Numbered from the whole stretch's first letter, positions 11,499-24,737 are shown. The stretch is 63,393 bases of DNA, filler included, from Cercozoa sp. M6MM (GCA_040357565.1; 10 parts of 10 records of this genome joined end to end with filler, not necessarily neighbours in it), one strand, 5' to 3'. The notes: generated by a model from the letters alone, not told the origin. Program-made: numbers and translations.

Positions 11499-13850
11499 TC
11501 ACAGTACTCGTTTACAGTTGCATACAGTGTAGTATCGATAAGCCGGGGAGAGACAAAGAAAGTGGAGGAAAGATGGGTTCCGTGTTAAGCAGTAAATATT
11601 TACCGCACGACAGGTGGTATCCATGCAAGGTCGGCTACACGGGTCTGTATCGCGGCACGGACGTGGGCCCGGGCATCTGTCCGATCCTGTAGAGCGATGG
11701 CAAGGACCTGGGCGGTCGTTCTCCTCGCTCGACTCGCTCTCATCGGGGGACGTCGGGCTCGAGGGAGGGGGTCGCGAGGGAGGACTCGAGGGAGGAGGAC
11801 TCGAGGGAGGCGGTCGCGAGGGAGGACTCGAGGGAGGCGGTCGCGAGGGAGGACTCGAGGGAGGCGGTCGCGAGGGAGGACTCGAGGGAGGCGGTCGCGA
11901 GGGAGGACTCGAGGGAGGACTCGAGGGAGGTGGGCTCGAAGGAGGGGGTCGCGAGGGAGGTGGGCTCGAAGGAGGGGGTCGCGAGGGAGGAGGACTCGAA
12001 GGAGGGGGTCGTGAGGGAGGAGGACTCGAGGGAGGGGGTCGCGAGGGAGGAGGACTCGAGGGAGGAGGACTCGAGGGTGGTGGAATGGAGGGAGGCGGGC
12101 TCGAAGGAGGCGGAATGGAGGGAGGCGGGCTCGAAGGAGGCGGGCTCGAAGGCGGTGGCGGCGGCGGTCGAGGCAGCTCCGGTGCGCAGTCTGTCACAAC
12201 AGGGTGCGCAGTGAAAAAGTTAAGACGAACAACGTAGTGCGTGCTCGTGAAGAATGGCAGCAAAGTGAACGCACTGATTTTGACGTTGTCGATGCCGAAA
12301 TTGTAGAAGAAGAGAGTTTCGATCTCTGCAAATCGCAGACTGTAGCTGCCCGAGGACGGCAGAGCCACATTAAAGGACACTGTGGCCCAGTTGGCAATGT
12401 CGGCGTCATGCACTTCCAGCACGGTCACCAACTCGGCAGCACTCGTCGTGTAGGGCGACGACAGTCCAGCAACGTCGCCCAGGATGTCCACTCGCTGGTA
12501 CAACGACAATACAGTAGTATTTTTACACACGGTGCACAGAGGTGACGTCAACGGGAAGGTAAGTTTATATTTACCGAGTACTGACTCGAGTGAGCCAAAT
12601 TGATCGGGCCTGGCACATAGACGCCGGCGTAATTGACGACATATCGATCGTAGGTCACTTGCACTGCCGGACAGTTGCAGCTCTGATCATTGAATTAAAC
12701 TCACAACTGAATGGAGGCAGTGAGAGGCGGGTCTTACGAGAGCTACTCTACCTTTTGGAATCTGAAGGGATGCAGGAGCACACGCCGACCGGGTCCATTC
12801 TGATCGCCGAGGATGGCTCGCGTTTCTCCGGCATGGGGTGGCACTGCGAGACCCGAAACAGGCGCCAAAGCCGAGTTGGTGTCGTACACATAGAAGTTGC
12901 CCGTCACCTCCGGGTGGACCACTTCGTTGTGCACTTGCCACTGGTTCCCAGGCACCAGGGGCAATTGTACGTCGGCGTCGCCCTGCTCGGAAACCCATTC
13001 ATATACAGTACCGCAGCAACAGTCTGTTTTTGCGGCGCACATGCACGGTGTACCGTAGCAGCAGCCTCAAAACTGTCCATCGGGATGGGTGTCACATCCT
13101 CGCGGACCACGCAAGTCGCCGTCGAAGTCGATGTCGGGGTCGGTGTCGCCGTCGATGTCAGTATCGGTGTCGGCGTCGATGTTCGTGTCGGTGTCGATGT
13201 CGGCGTTGTCACTGGCGGCGGCGGTTGCTGCCAAAAAAGATAAACTGACCGGTCAATCAGAGGCACAAGGCAGCTCTAAAAAGCCGCCAGTAATCATGTA
13301 AACTTACTTTACCGAGGGAGGTGGCGGCAAGGGACTTGGCGGCACGGCTGGCGGCACGGCTGGCGGAGGGACTGGCGGCGCTGGAGAATCATCGTCGCTC
13401 AGTCCGAAACCCAAACCAAGACCCTGCTCTCAAAAGAAAGCACAATGACAGGCTGTTGCAAACGGTTGCTCTGGGTTAGAACTGCATGCCCGAAGTTATT
13501 TTACCAAGCCAAGTGCCAGCAAAATGAAGCACAGTAACGCCGCTCCTCCAATGTACAAGGGGCGCTTGCACGACTCTTCGGAGCACTCGCTTTCGCCGAC
13601 CGAACAGCTGGGGAGGAAGGGTATTACTCAGTTTTTAGAATTTTTGGGGAGCGTGTTTACTGTTGACAGTTCGGAGCGTATGGGAAGTGCTGTGCCGGCA
13701 CTCCACGTCCTGGTGGTTGCTGCTGGCATTAAATAAACAATAGAGGCAACAATATGAGTGCATCAAAGTGAAAACATGTCTCCCCCGACTCGAAGGTAAC
13801 CCGACCACGTAGTGCGGCTGAAAGGGCGATCCAGCAGAAGCGCGCTGCAT
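11499..13850 (-). CDS. Type II membrane protein: TM, Pro/Thr linker, beta-rich globular domain, extensin-like SPPP repeats, Cys-rich tail
   Basis: Spliced exons give LYIGGAALLCFILLALGL (TM), TPTSTPT linker, GDQNGPG...YQRVDIL...LRFAEIETLFFYNFGIDNVKIS, then (SSPPPSRPPP)n. Confidence 0.65.
11755..12170 (-). repeat. Coding tandem repeat encoding SSPP(P)SRPPP
   Basis: Plus strand shows (gagggaggactc / gagggaggcggtcgc)n units in frame. Confidence 0.9.
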
Positions 13851-14417
13851 CGTCGTCGTGCAGTAATATACTATACTGGATACAAACCTTACGAGAGCTC
13901 GCCTCTGCATGCCTTCTGTTGTTTTTGGCGACTCTCGCCACTTTTCAAGCCACGCCTCCGCAGCTTTTTTGAATGTACCGAAATGTGATCCGTTCGCCGC
14001 CTTCTATCTGAAGACATGCACCTGTACAAATCTCCCGTAAAAGACGCTCACAAACTTGGCGCGGCCGACTCGGCGACGGCGCCAGTTCGGTTAGTTAGGT
14101 TGCGTACGTCCCTACTCTGCATCCGTAGCATCGTCGCGCATCGATGAAAGTCGTCGTGCAATAACGTTCGGCCCGTGTATCTCGTCTATCAGATATCATG
14201 TATTTTACTCGCTTAAGTTTTATCTCTAAGCTAGCGCACACGGATGTCGCAACCAACCGAACTAAGTGCATAACTGAAGGAACATTGTCGGGAAAAATAC
14301 AGTTGAATACGATACGATAACCCCCCCCCCCCCCGACGCGAACTCGGCTAACGGACAGGGAAACCACATGGTTGATTGCTAATGTTACGTTAGTAGACTC
14401 AACTAAACTATCGTACG

Positions 14418-15730
14418 TTAGTTGTCAAAGACGCCGCGCGACGCGAGTTGCTGGCACGCGTGTTTCCGGCACATGTCGCGCAGGAACATGTGCACTTGTC
14501 GTGCACCCTGCACATACACAAACATGCTGTGCCGGGGTACAAGCTAGCAAAGACAAGAGAGGAAGAATACATCGAGTGCAGCACGCACACACGGCGCCAG
14601 TTGCGGTCGGTCCAGCACACCGTCCTGTCGCACGCTGACCAGTCGCACTGCAGACACCAAAACACTTGAACAGGACACCAAAAGGTAAAAGAACACGTGG
14701 AAGTACCAATATGCTGATCGTGGGCAGCAGGGTCGTCGTTGTCGTGACACGTGCTGGCCACAGTGAGCGTGGCACAGTCCTGACCGCGTTCTCTGCCATT
14801 GATGTCGAGCACGATGTCGTTCTCCTGCGTGCCAACGGTGACACCGCACACCAACGCCGTCATTGGGATGCCTGCGTCCACCTGCGGGGGGGGGGGCAGA
14901 GGTAGGGTAGGGTAGGGTAGGGTAGGGGTAGGGTAGGGTAGGGGCGGGTGCAGGGGTAGAGGGGGGTGGGTAGGTATATGACAGTACCAGTGCCAGACAG
15001 GCCGCGTTGATGGCACACGCCAGAGCGCCGCCGTCGTCTTGTCGTACTCTCACCTTCACACAATCAAAAGGTTAGCTTGGGGTAAAGGGATAAGGGGGTA
15101 ACAGGGGGAGGGGGCAAGGACTACCTGCACTTCGATCAGCGCCTTGGGAAACAAATCGGCGCACACGACAGATTCGAGCGTTTCTTGCAGTGTGCGGCCC
15201 ATGTCCTAAAAAGAAGTCAAGTGTCTTTCACAGACAAAACTCTCCCTTTACAAAACAAACACATCCTTAATTAGACACAATCGATGGTTAAGGAACCTGC
15301 TGCTGCCAATCGGACGATTTAACCTCGCGTCGCTCGAATCCCGCGAACGGCATGCGCATCATCTGCGAGAACAAGGGTCAGGAGACACAGGTCACACTGG
15401 CAAATAGACAAGACGGATTAGTGGTGTCAAACACCTCCGCGCGGATGGTTGCACGGTCATGCAGCTGCTCGGAGCGACGGCGGTGCTCCTTGGGACCACT
15501 CACGGTGGCTACGCACTCGGTCTGACCCATCGCGAAGCGTGCCGAGCCGTCAGCATCCAGACACACGCCCAGTTCCGCGCGGAGCGCACGTGCTTCATCA
15601 CACTTGCGCCCGTCGTGCCGCAGACCCCAGTCCGAAAGCTACACACACACCAGCCAGAACATGCAAGTTCAAATACCACAGATCGTCACATCATCTGTGA
15701 TACACGCATGCTAAAACGCAATCTTACCAT
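14418..15730 (-). CDS. RRP41: Exosome complex RNase PH-like subunit Rrp41/EXOSC4
   Basis: GLRHDGRK..E.R; ADGSARFAMGQT..VATVSGPKE; HDRA; LFPKALIEVQVRV.QDDGG.LAC.INAA.LALVDAGIPM. All introns GT-AG. Confidence 0.88.
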
Positions 15731-15874
15731 GTTTCAAGCCGGTAAAATACAATCGGCACACTCGCGCACTTACGGTATCACCAGGACTGTGCAGTACGGA
15801 GCAAGCTGGAGCGCTGGGGTTTGTTTTAATATTATGTCAAACATCTGGCGTCGGCTGCTGGCTGTTGGTGGATT

Positions 15875-17097
15875 TTTAGTCACAGTTAGTCTTCACATTC
15901 CCTTGATTGTCTAAACAGAGCAGTTGCGTCGATAAGGTGGCAATGGATATCGCGCGGATGCAGTCGTGTAGCAGTGAGACGCACAGCACCGTTTGCAGGG
16001 CGAACAGGGGAACTGAAACGGAGAATAGCAAACACATTCCCGTCCAACAGACCATTCACAAACACAGCTGTTGGCACTGTACGGTAGTACCATCTCGCAT
16101 GGGGTAACGTGCAAGCTTGTACACGAGCATCAAGAGCGCCAGAGCAATGCAGGCAGTGATCGACGCGGAGGTTATCACCCCAACTGCTACATTGCGGGTC
16201 CAAGTGGTGCCGGTGCTCGGCATTATCGACAGATTGAACGCCACCAGCAGCAACATAACAACAACAAGACACTCGCACAGCAAAAAGGCTCTCGCTGTCT
16301 CGAGTACTTGGCATCGATTCAGTGTTCTGCGCGGGTGTCATTGTGCCAGAAGAGGAGTTATAGAGCTTGAAATAATCGAACGTGCGGAAAGCGTACAAAG
16401 GCCGCAGCAAAGGAAGATAAAGCGTCAGTGTGGCACACGTAATGGCGACTGCCAGTGCGCCTGTCCACTTGGGCGTGTACAGCAGAGCGTGTAGAAGCGA
16501 TGCCTCTGTCGTTTCTCGTGCCAGGAAAAGCGACAGTGCCACCAATGTCACCACACTAAACACGCGCATCCGATCGCTGTCACCATATGCGAAAAAACCG
16601 AATTCGTCAGGTGCTATGTCCGCGTTGGATTGAAGCCGCGAAGCTCGGATGCAGTCCAAAATGAGCAGTAGCAGTGCTACTGTCAACAACAACAGCAGCG
16701 CGAGTGTAGTGTACCGACTCACTGCGCGTACGGTACTCGCGTGACTCACACTCGCAAATGGAAGCGCCAGGTGCAACACTAGACTCGGGAGCACACACAC
16801 GCCTGCCAGTGCGAGAATCTTGAACCATGCGAGCCATTTTTCCTCCTCGGTCTCTTGTTGCTGACCTGACAATTTGACCCAATTAACAACTGAAACTGCA
16901 CACTGCAACCAGGCAAATTCAACACTCTCTAGTTCGTCCGTCACAATAGACAGCGGAGGTTCTTGAGCACGCTCAAATGCTCCCGAAGTAAGCACTGGTG
17001 GCTGCGAGAAACGGAAACTCAACGAATGAACAGAACGGAATGAACACAATTGGTAAGTTTATCATACCTGCTCAGGCGAGTTTTCCGAGTCCGGCAT
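15875..17097 (-). CDS. Multi-pass membrane protein, unknown family
   Basis: Short first exon MPDSENSPEQ, then a long exon with at least 4 hydrophobic helices and a further TM exon. 3' end is approximate. Confidence 0.55.
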
Positions 17098-17694
17098 GTC
17101 GACACTTCATCCAGCTGGAAATGTCCAGATAGCGTCTCTTTGCGCGTGCAGGCACTGACCGGTACGCTAGCCGCAGTACTACTGTGCTCGCGAAGCAAAA
17201 CTTCCGATCAACCCCAGGCACGTGTCAGCGTGAAGCGAATGGCAATTTCACTTGCTCCTTTGAATCACTGCAGTTTTGGTGTTCCTGAAGCCTGATTGAT
17301 TGAACTGATAGCGACTTAAAATTCTCAGCGTTTTACCGCGTCAGTTGAGTTAAACTGATAGCTTATCGATCCACCGCAATGAAGCACGTCAATCACTGGC
17401 AAACAAAATGTCGGCTTCAAGTGACTGCGAGCAGTTTAGTTGATCGTTTAAGGTAACCTCAGCCTTCAAAGTCTATTCAGTAGCACGACACACTCATGGC
17501 ATTGACGGACTGCCAGTGCTGCAGTGAGACAGTATGAACGCCCGTTCGGATTCAAAGTGGCAGTCTCGGCTGCGCTGCCACTGTTTTTTCAACGTCAACT
17601 GCACTCCATGTGGTGCTGTCAGTATCAATATTGTCACGGCTGAGCATGCTCGCTTGCAGTGCATCGACGTCTATGCTGTGTTTGACCATTTCAC

Positions 17695-18545
17695 TCATTT
17701 CGGGGGATTCTAACACAGCCTGCAGAACAAGACGATCCGAACGGTTGGATATCTCAAGCTCAAACCCATCTATAGACTTATGTCACCTTTAAAGCAGGGT
17801 CCACTCGTTTGCGGTGCTTCTTGACATGCGCATTTCGGCCCTATTATGAAACGAAAAGAGGTTAAGGAAATGAAACTAGTGAAAGAGCACGGGAGGGAGG
17901 GGTACCTGCATGTTTCGAAAGTGCATATCGCACTCGCTGCAGTACAAATACCGCGGATTGATTTTCTGCGGCGTCTTTCGGCGGCGTTTTTTTTGGGGTT
18001 CATACTGTGCAGGCATCACAGATCCAGATCCAGATTCAGACCAAGCAACGTGATGGCTGTCATATATCATAGTACCTCCTCATCCTCAGAGTCAGAGTAG
18101 AAGCTGCTTCTTCGACGCCGCACACGTGCGCGTCGAGGCTTGGGTTCGGGCGAAAGTTCGAGAGTACTCATGCTCTCGAGTTCGTTGTGGGCGCTGTCGT
18201 CGAGCTCAGTGTCGGTGACAGGAGAATGCATCGGAAGAATGACGACACCAGGAGACTTCGGCGTCAGCGCTTCTTTTTCCTGCCAAGGAAGCAAATGTAC
18301 AATTACACGTCTACACCGACATGAAAACATCTTTATACCTCCTGTCGCACGTAATCAGCCAGTTCCATCAACTGACGCACGGCACAGCGCATCTGCACGA
18401 GGCGCGCCATTAACAGCAGCCGCGAATGAACCGTGTCATGCGGCTCCGAGTCGCCGTTTCTTGAATGTTCTGGTTTCTGTGCACCGTCAGAGCGACAGCC
18501 CTGGCCAGCAGCGCTTGCATGCGGCGTATCCTCGTGTTGCTCCAT
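17695..18545 (-). CDS. C2H2 zinc-finger protein
   Basis: Splicing joins LYCSECDMHFRNMQ|GRNAHVKKH (C-x2-C-x12-H-x3-H). Basic NLS-like KKRRRK lies upstream. Confidence 0.7.
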
Positions 18546-18885
18546 CGCGAATCCGTGAGTGGTTGGTCTGGCAGTGGTCACCCCGACCAGGCGTTTCGAA
18601 GGTCGATCGATTCGATTTCAGCGGAACGTGCGCTGACAGGCAATGATGATGCGTATTAAGCGTAGTGCACACAAGTCAGTGCTAACGTAACGTCAAAAAC
18701 ACGTTTAGTGGCCATGTCGGCGATCACGCCATGGAGCGCCGTTGAAGTGAAATAATAACAAAAATAAAAGGAGAAACCAACAGGACAAAGCAGAGCGAAT
18801 ATTCACTACAGTGTGCATACGTGTTGACATTGTTTAAATTGTGTTAGAGTGATCAAGACTGCACCAAAACCAAGCTGTGTGCAGA

Positions 18886-19644
18886 ATGCAGAACTACCTT
18901 TCAGAAGACACGCCTTTGATGGTGGCCAAGTCTCTCTTTGCCAAGTACGACAAAGATGGCACTGGTACACTTACGACAGACGAGCTTGTTGAGTGAGTTT
19001 GCTCTTTCGGGTAGACTTTGGGAGTCCAAGTTTTTCAGTTGTGTTTTTGTACAGTCTGTTCGGCGACTTTGGCGTGCAGGACGAGCAGCAGGTGCGCACC
19101 TTCCAGTTGCTAATGGACAAGAACGCCAACGGACTCGTCAACTGTGACGAGTTTCTCAACTTTGTCAAGACGGAAAACCGTTTGGTAAAGCTGCAACATA
19201 GCAGAAAACCGTTTGGTATTGTTCATGCTTGTTGTCTTCTCTCCCTATGCAGGACACCTTGACTGACGCTTCGCGCTACGGACTGCTGCAGATGGCAGTA
19301 CAGCGATTTCAGCATTACGACACGACGAAAAGGTATTGTTTATGCACTTTCCTTGGCAGACTGTACGTGTGTGTTCACCTTCTTGTTCGTCTTGAACTGA
19401 CTGCAGCGGATCCATTGACGCCAGTGAGTTCGACCAAGTCATGGCCGACGTTGGGTACAGTTTACGTCTGTACAGCTAGGTTAATACTGTACCCAGCAAG
19501 ATGCAGTTTACTTCCCGTTGTTTGCACAGGTGTGTCGATCCTGCGCGAGTCGCACATGCCAAGCAAGTGCTGGACAAGGACGGCGACGGCGTGATTTCAT
19601 TCCCAGAATTTCTCGAATGGCTCAACTGGGTGCCGCTGCAATGA
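18886..19644 (+). CDS. Four-EF-hand calmodulin-like calcium-binding protein
   Basis: Loops DKDGTGTLTTDE, DKNANGLVNCDE, DTTKSGSIDASE, DKDGDGVISFPE. Confidence 0.9.
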
Positions 19645-20255
19645 AGATTTGTTCATGTTGTCGGTCGAGTTAGTTTAGTCTACTAAGAAACCAACTAGTA
19701 GTTTCCCTGTACCAGTCTCGGGGTGGGTCACAAGCGCACGGCCGTAATCCCAGCCACCGCCCGCATAGGGTGGGCGGGAATCCCTTCTTTTGAAGTTCCC
19801 CAGGATGGGACATCTTTATTTTGGTACTCCGAATTACCAGATTCTGTTCCTCGAGGAAGTGAACGAAGCGACAGGTCTCAGCATGTCTTGAGGCGTGTTT
19901 GCCACCCACCTCCGCTCGAAGCTGCTGGGGCAAGATATGCACGTTTCTTGGGTGTCTCAGTCTCTAACGCGAGCTGGTTCGGACTTTGATAAGCGGAATT
20001 GAAGAGGCTCGAGAGGTTTTTGCCAGCCGTGGACTTTCGCAGAGAAATTTTGCGTCCCGTGTCTTTTGAGAGCAAGCGGGCACGTGTGACAATGATTGGA
20101 GATAACAAGGACTCGAAAGAACGCGCAGGCTTGCCTTCGTACACTTGCAATCACTCAAATAAATAATTTATTGGCTTTGCCGGGAACGCTTCGTTGTCTA
20201 CCTGTGCTCAATTTGAACGGGCAGGCCGGTAACACAACAGTTACATGGCACCGAC

Positions 20256-21367
20256 ATGGCATTCGACGACTTTAACTTCGCGACAGTGCGTTCTGCGAGT
20301 CCTTGGGCCGACGACGACTCCGACCCAGGTACCAGATTTTGGCTGCTGGATCGACCTAAAGTTAACTGCTGCCGAGTGTTGTCGCACCAGAGCACGCAGC
20401 TGTTGACGAGGATGAGGCCATTCCGGCAGGTCAAGTGAGTCTGACGTTGCACGACGTGCCCGAGCACAGGGCTGAGATGCGACCGAGGTATAAGTGAGCA
20501 TACACACTTCTATCCATACAAGTCTTCCCCAGCCAAGTGGAGATGCCGCGTCTGACCGAACGCACGCGCTTACACCTGCGCCGTCGTGCGCGCAATCTAC
20601 AGCAAGTACACAGGCCCTTTATTTGCAGGTGTATGTGTATGCGACACTCAATCAGTAAACAATATGTTTAGCTACCAAGGGCACGGCTGGTGGCACACGT
20701 CGGCGACTCGACGGTACCGCTCAAGGTGAGGCACCTCAACGTGCACAGCACGCGACGCTTTGCTGCGCTGTATCACCTGCTGCTAGAGCACTCACTGGGT
20801 ACACACTGTACTGGACCATCGATAATATTATATGATACGGACAAGGAAGTTGATGAGCATTGTAATACTCGGAAATTAGCTGCTGTGATGGCCGGTATCG
20901 CGGCAGTGTGGATGGCACTCGTCTTTGTGTTTGCACTGCTGTACCAAGCGGCGCTGTCGCCGTACTCGCTGTCCTTCTTGGAGGTGTTCTTCGTTTTTCC
21001 TGAACGGTCGATATAGTAGTATGTTTTCAACGGTGTGCTAGACCTTCACTCTATCGCTGGAAGTGCAAACACGTATCGGCGTGCCCGCACGTGCGGATGA
21101 AAAGTAAGTTACCTCGACAGTATTTGCATATGTCTTCTATTAAGGTTATATTTGTACTCACAGACTCGGTGACAAGGCACTCCTGGCTGTTATCATGACG
21201 TTCCAAGCACTTCTTGTATCATCCACGTGTATCAAACCAACAATGTCAATTATCTAGTTGGTGTATGTATTGGACCAACAGGCACTGCTTACGGATGCGC
21301 TGCTGTTTGGCATAGTTTTCGAGCGTGTATCTCGTGGTCAGGTACCTGTGTGTGTGTGTGTGTGTGT

Positions 21368-21459
<92 letters not shown>

Positions 21460-22956
21460 CTTGGAAACCACCTAGTATACGTGTACACCTGTAGGCACGC
21501 GCCGGACGCTGCGAGTTCACGAAAGCGGCCGTTGTGATTCCTGCCGTGGATGCCTACTCCAAGAAGCCTCATCTGTACCTGCACATAGAGAGAGAGAGAG
21601 AGAGAGAGAGAGATACGCTGTTTTGATTTGTGCTGTCGGATCGAAGTGTACAATATAATGCACAGGGCATCACCGCGACTACAGTTCCGTGTCGTCGACT
21701 TGTCTCGCTATCCACTTTTGGATGCGCATGTGCATGTTTTCCTGTGCTGCCACCGTGTCACTGTACCCTCTTTACACCTCCATTTACCCTTACTCCGAAT
21801 ACCCCTACACACAGGCTGAGGGTCTGGTCGACTGCTTCCGCACGACGCCTCTGCGCACCAACTTCAGCGATCGGCACCTGGACGCAACGCTGCTGATGTC
21901 GCTCCCACAGACGGTCACGCACATATTGGACCGGCACAGGTAAACTCGAGCCTATTCCTTAAAGATTAAAACATCGCATGTGTGCTCGCACAGTCCTATA
22001 CTGCGTCTGGTTGCCGACCATTTAGCCGAGAGTGACCCCGATGGTACTGTGACTAAATATTCTACAATGTTTCAGGATAGACCTGTCACGCTTTTCGCAG
22101 AAGCAGGTCTGCGACCCCGACCCTTCTCGTCTCAGCACGTAGGCAACCTCGATGACCCAGGTGTCGACAGTCCCGCTGTCGGTGCGGTTTCGGTGGTGCC
22201 CCGTCTGCCCAGTGCGTGGCTTGAGCAGATCAGCGACGCCAAAGCGGCCACCGCGGAGACCTCGGACACTGACAGGAGCGAGCACAAGAACAGCGTTACC
22301 ACCGGTGCAGGCGAGCATACGCTGGACCCTTCTGCAATGCAGCGACAGCCAAGTGAGTACCCACAACGTCTTCGAGAGGCCGGGTATACAGTGAGGCTTG
22401 CTTAAACTAGGGCACATATGGTTGGCTTGGACAGACGTCTGTTAGACAGCCCACGCTCACCGCAGGATTATCAGCGACTCCGAGATGCCTTTCAGACACA
22501 CTCGATCGAGGTGATTTACTGCGTTTTCTTCCTATCGCTGCGGTTTTACGGGGTGCCGGGTGCCCATGTTGCAGATCATCGGCGTGGTTGAAGGAGTCGA
22601 GGCGAGCACCGGCGCTCTCGTGCAGGCGCGCGTGTCCTACTGCTTCGACGACCTGCGCATTGGCCACCGCTTCCGCAGCAGTACCTTTCCCGACGGTAAC
22701 TCAAATATACAATCGACTTGGACGCTGTATCATTTATGTATGCATGCATACATGTGAGCATACCTTAGCCCACGGAGGAGCCACACTCGACCTGGCCAAG
22801 TTTCACGAGACGCACATCATTGGTACCGTATCCTATTGTGCTCACGCACTCTTCAAGTCCAGATATTTATTGAGGATAAATTACTCACACTTCCTGCCAA
22901 AAACTGTCGCAGCGAGCGACACGTCGACGCAGGGGTCTGGAAGTCGCATTCGCTAA
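20256..22956 (+). CDS. Inward-rectifier (Kir/IRK) family channel with atypical filter
   Basis: M1 (WMALVFVFALLY), pore helix FTLSLEVQT, M2 (FQALLALLTDALLFG), then F.KAAV, PRLQFRV.D, LPQTVTH.LD..SP, IIGVVEG.EASTG..VQAR.SY...D...GHRF and D..KFHET. Confidence 0.85.
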
Positions 22957-23079
22957 ACCTACGCTCAGATTTCAAGTCGACTCGGATTCAGACTTTACCC
23001 TCAGTATGACTATCCTCCTTTTGATACATCGAAGGAAGTGTGAGTAATTTATCCTCAATAAATATCTGGACTTGAAGAG
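22849..23079. repeat. Perfect 47-bp inverted repeat (22849-22895 / 23033-23079)
   Basis: ctcttcaagtccagatatttattgaggataaattactcacacttcct and its exact reverse complement at the contig end. Confidence 0.9.
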
Positions 23080-23179
23080 NNNNNNNNNNNNNNNNNNNNN
23101 NNNNNNNNNNNNNNNNNNNNNNNTTAATTAATTAANNNNNNNNNNNNNNNNNNNNNNNNNNNNNNNNNNNNNNNNNNNN
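23080..23179. other. Artificial contig linker N-TTAATTAATTAA-N (also ~31120, 38768, 45588, 51717, 53259, 56592, 57942, 59305)
   Basis: Identical 12-mer with stop codons in all frames, embedded in ~100 nt of N, occurring nine times. Confidence 0.97.
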
Positions 23180-23199
23180 CACCCCTTAACCCCACCCCC

Positions 23200-24299
23200 A
23201 GTACCTTGAGAAACTCGATGCGCGCCTTGAGGCACAGTGCGACGCGCATGTGGTGCACCTGTCGGCGCAGTCGGTCGCTGCGTTGCACCAGCTGCAGCGT
23301 TGTCTTGCTCTGTGTGTCCCAGTACAGACAGGTTTGTTATGACAGGTTTGTTATAATAGGCTAGTTATAATAGCCTTGTTATGATAGGCTAGTTATAATA
23401 GCCTTGTTATGATAGGCTAGTTATAATAGGTTAGTTATAATAGGCTTGTTATAATAGGCTAGTTATAATAGGTATACATATATACAGATAAACGTACCTC
23501 CTTGCGCAGACTCTTGAGCACGGCGTCATCCGGCTCAGCACATTCCATCAGCTGCAGTCGCATACTGGCCACCTATAGACAAGGTTGTTGGTGTATGAAG
23601 TATGAACAAGGTAGTTAACAGAAAGGTACATGAATCCACAGACTGAGCTGCGCACTGGCATCATCTTCGTCGTGCTCGCTCGTGCTGAGTGCGCGCAGCG
23701 ACTGCAGCGTCTCCTTGGCCTGCCTCGGAGGTAGTTCATACCTTTACCCCCCCCCCCCCGCCCCACCCCTCTTACCCCTACCCAGTTTTACACCCAGGTA
23801 CCTCACGGAACTGCCGCAGTGCAAGTTCGATCTGCAGTCGCAGCTGCAGCGCCGGTGTCAGCACGCGCGTCGTGGGAAGCGACGGAGCAGCAGCAGTGTC
23901 AGCAGTGTCAGCACAGACAGCACGGCAAGGCAGGTGTCCCAGCGTGAGTCGCAGCAACTCGTGGTACGCCGCACGAATGCACCCGACGCGGAAAAGTGCC
24001 GATGCCAGGTTGTACACCAGCACATGTACATCGGTGGTGTGCGCCAGTTTGCGATCCGCCGGTGTCTGCGCATTCAGCACGCGTCGCTTCAGCGTCGTCA
24101 GTTGCGCCACGAGTTCCTGCAGGCGCTGCACGTACTCGTCGCTACCTGCACTAGTCACGGCAGCGCAGACGGCCTTGTTCTGCGTAAAGGCGCCACTCGA
24201 CTCGCATACCACACGACGCGACGTCCACAGTTTCTGCAGCGTCGCACGCGCCTGCGTCACCTGACCGCTCGCGAACTGCTCCTGCGCCGTGGCCCACAT
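23200..24299 (-). CDS. CNOT10: CCR4-NOT subunit CNOT10-like, 5' part (truncated by contig end)
   Basis: A.EQF.SG......L..L, ..QN.AV, LVYNLA..LF, and ALCLKARIEFLK (cf. LLKSQLEY). Confidence 0.7.
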
Positions 24300-24737
24300 C
24301 GCTCTCGAGCCTTGTCTCGTTTTCGTTCACTTTTCGCTTTGCTTCGAACGCTTTGCTTTTCTTTCGCTTTTTGCCTCCAAACTGCCAAAAAGGTGGTCGT
24401 GTGCTCAAGTAAAACAAAAAGCACGAAGCACAGAAGATTGACAAAGTCTGAGACACAGCTCCGCGCAAAACCACAGGAATCTAATGTACAGAGAACTTAC
24501 TGTACACTCTCGCACAGGGCAATCCCAAATGGCACAACCTGTGCTGGGGCCAATCACTTGGAACGTTTTTTCAAAAATACAATGCTCTTCACTTCCCGTC
24601 GAGGATGAACTGCTTAACGCTAAACGTCTTATGATTTGCTAAAATGGAATCAAAGCAATGCTTGGAGTGATTACAGTGGCTTAGGCAGTAAATTCGAACA
24701 ATTTTAGCTATTTCGTTGGGGGATGAGTCGCAGGCGA

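Noticed and set aside
14134-14150. tcgcgcatcgatgaa resembling the 5.8S rRNA motif
   Set aside because: The match stops before GAACGCAGC, and there is no rDNA context.
19670-20160. Possible retroelement remnant on the minus strand
   Set aside because: The ORF is short and shows no recognisable RT, integrase or gag motif.
23125-23136. Recurring TTAATTAATTAA as a biological motif
   Set aside because: It is always embedded in N runs, so it is an artificial contig linker. Gene neighbourhoods across it were therefore not interpreted.
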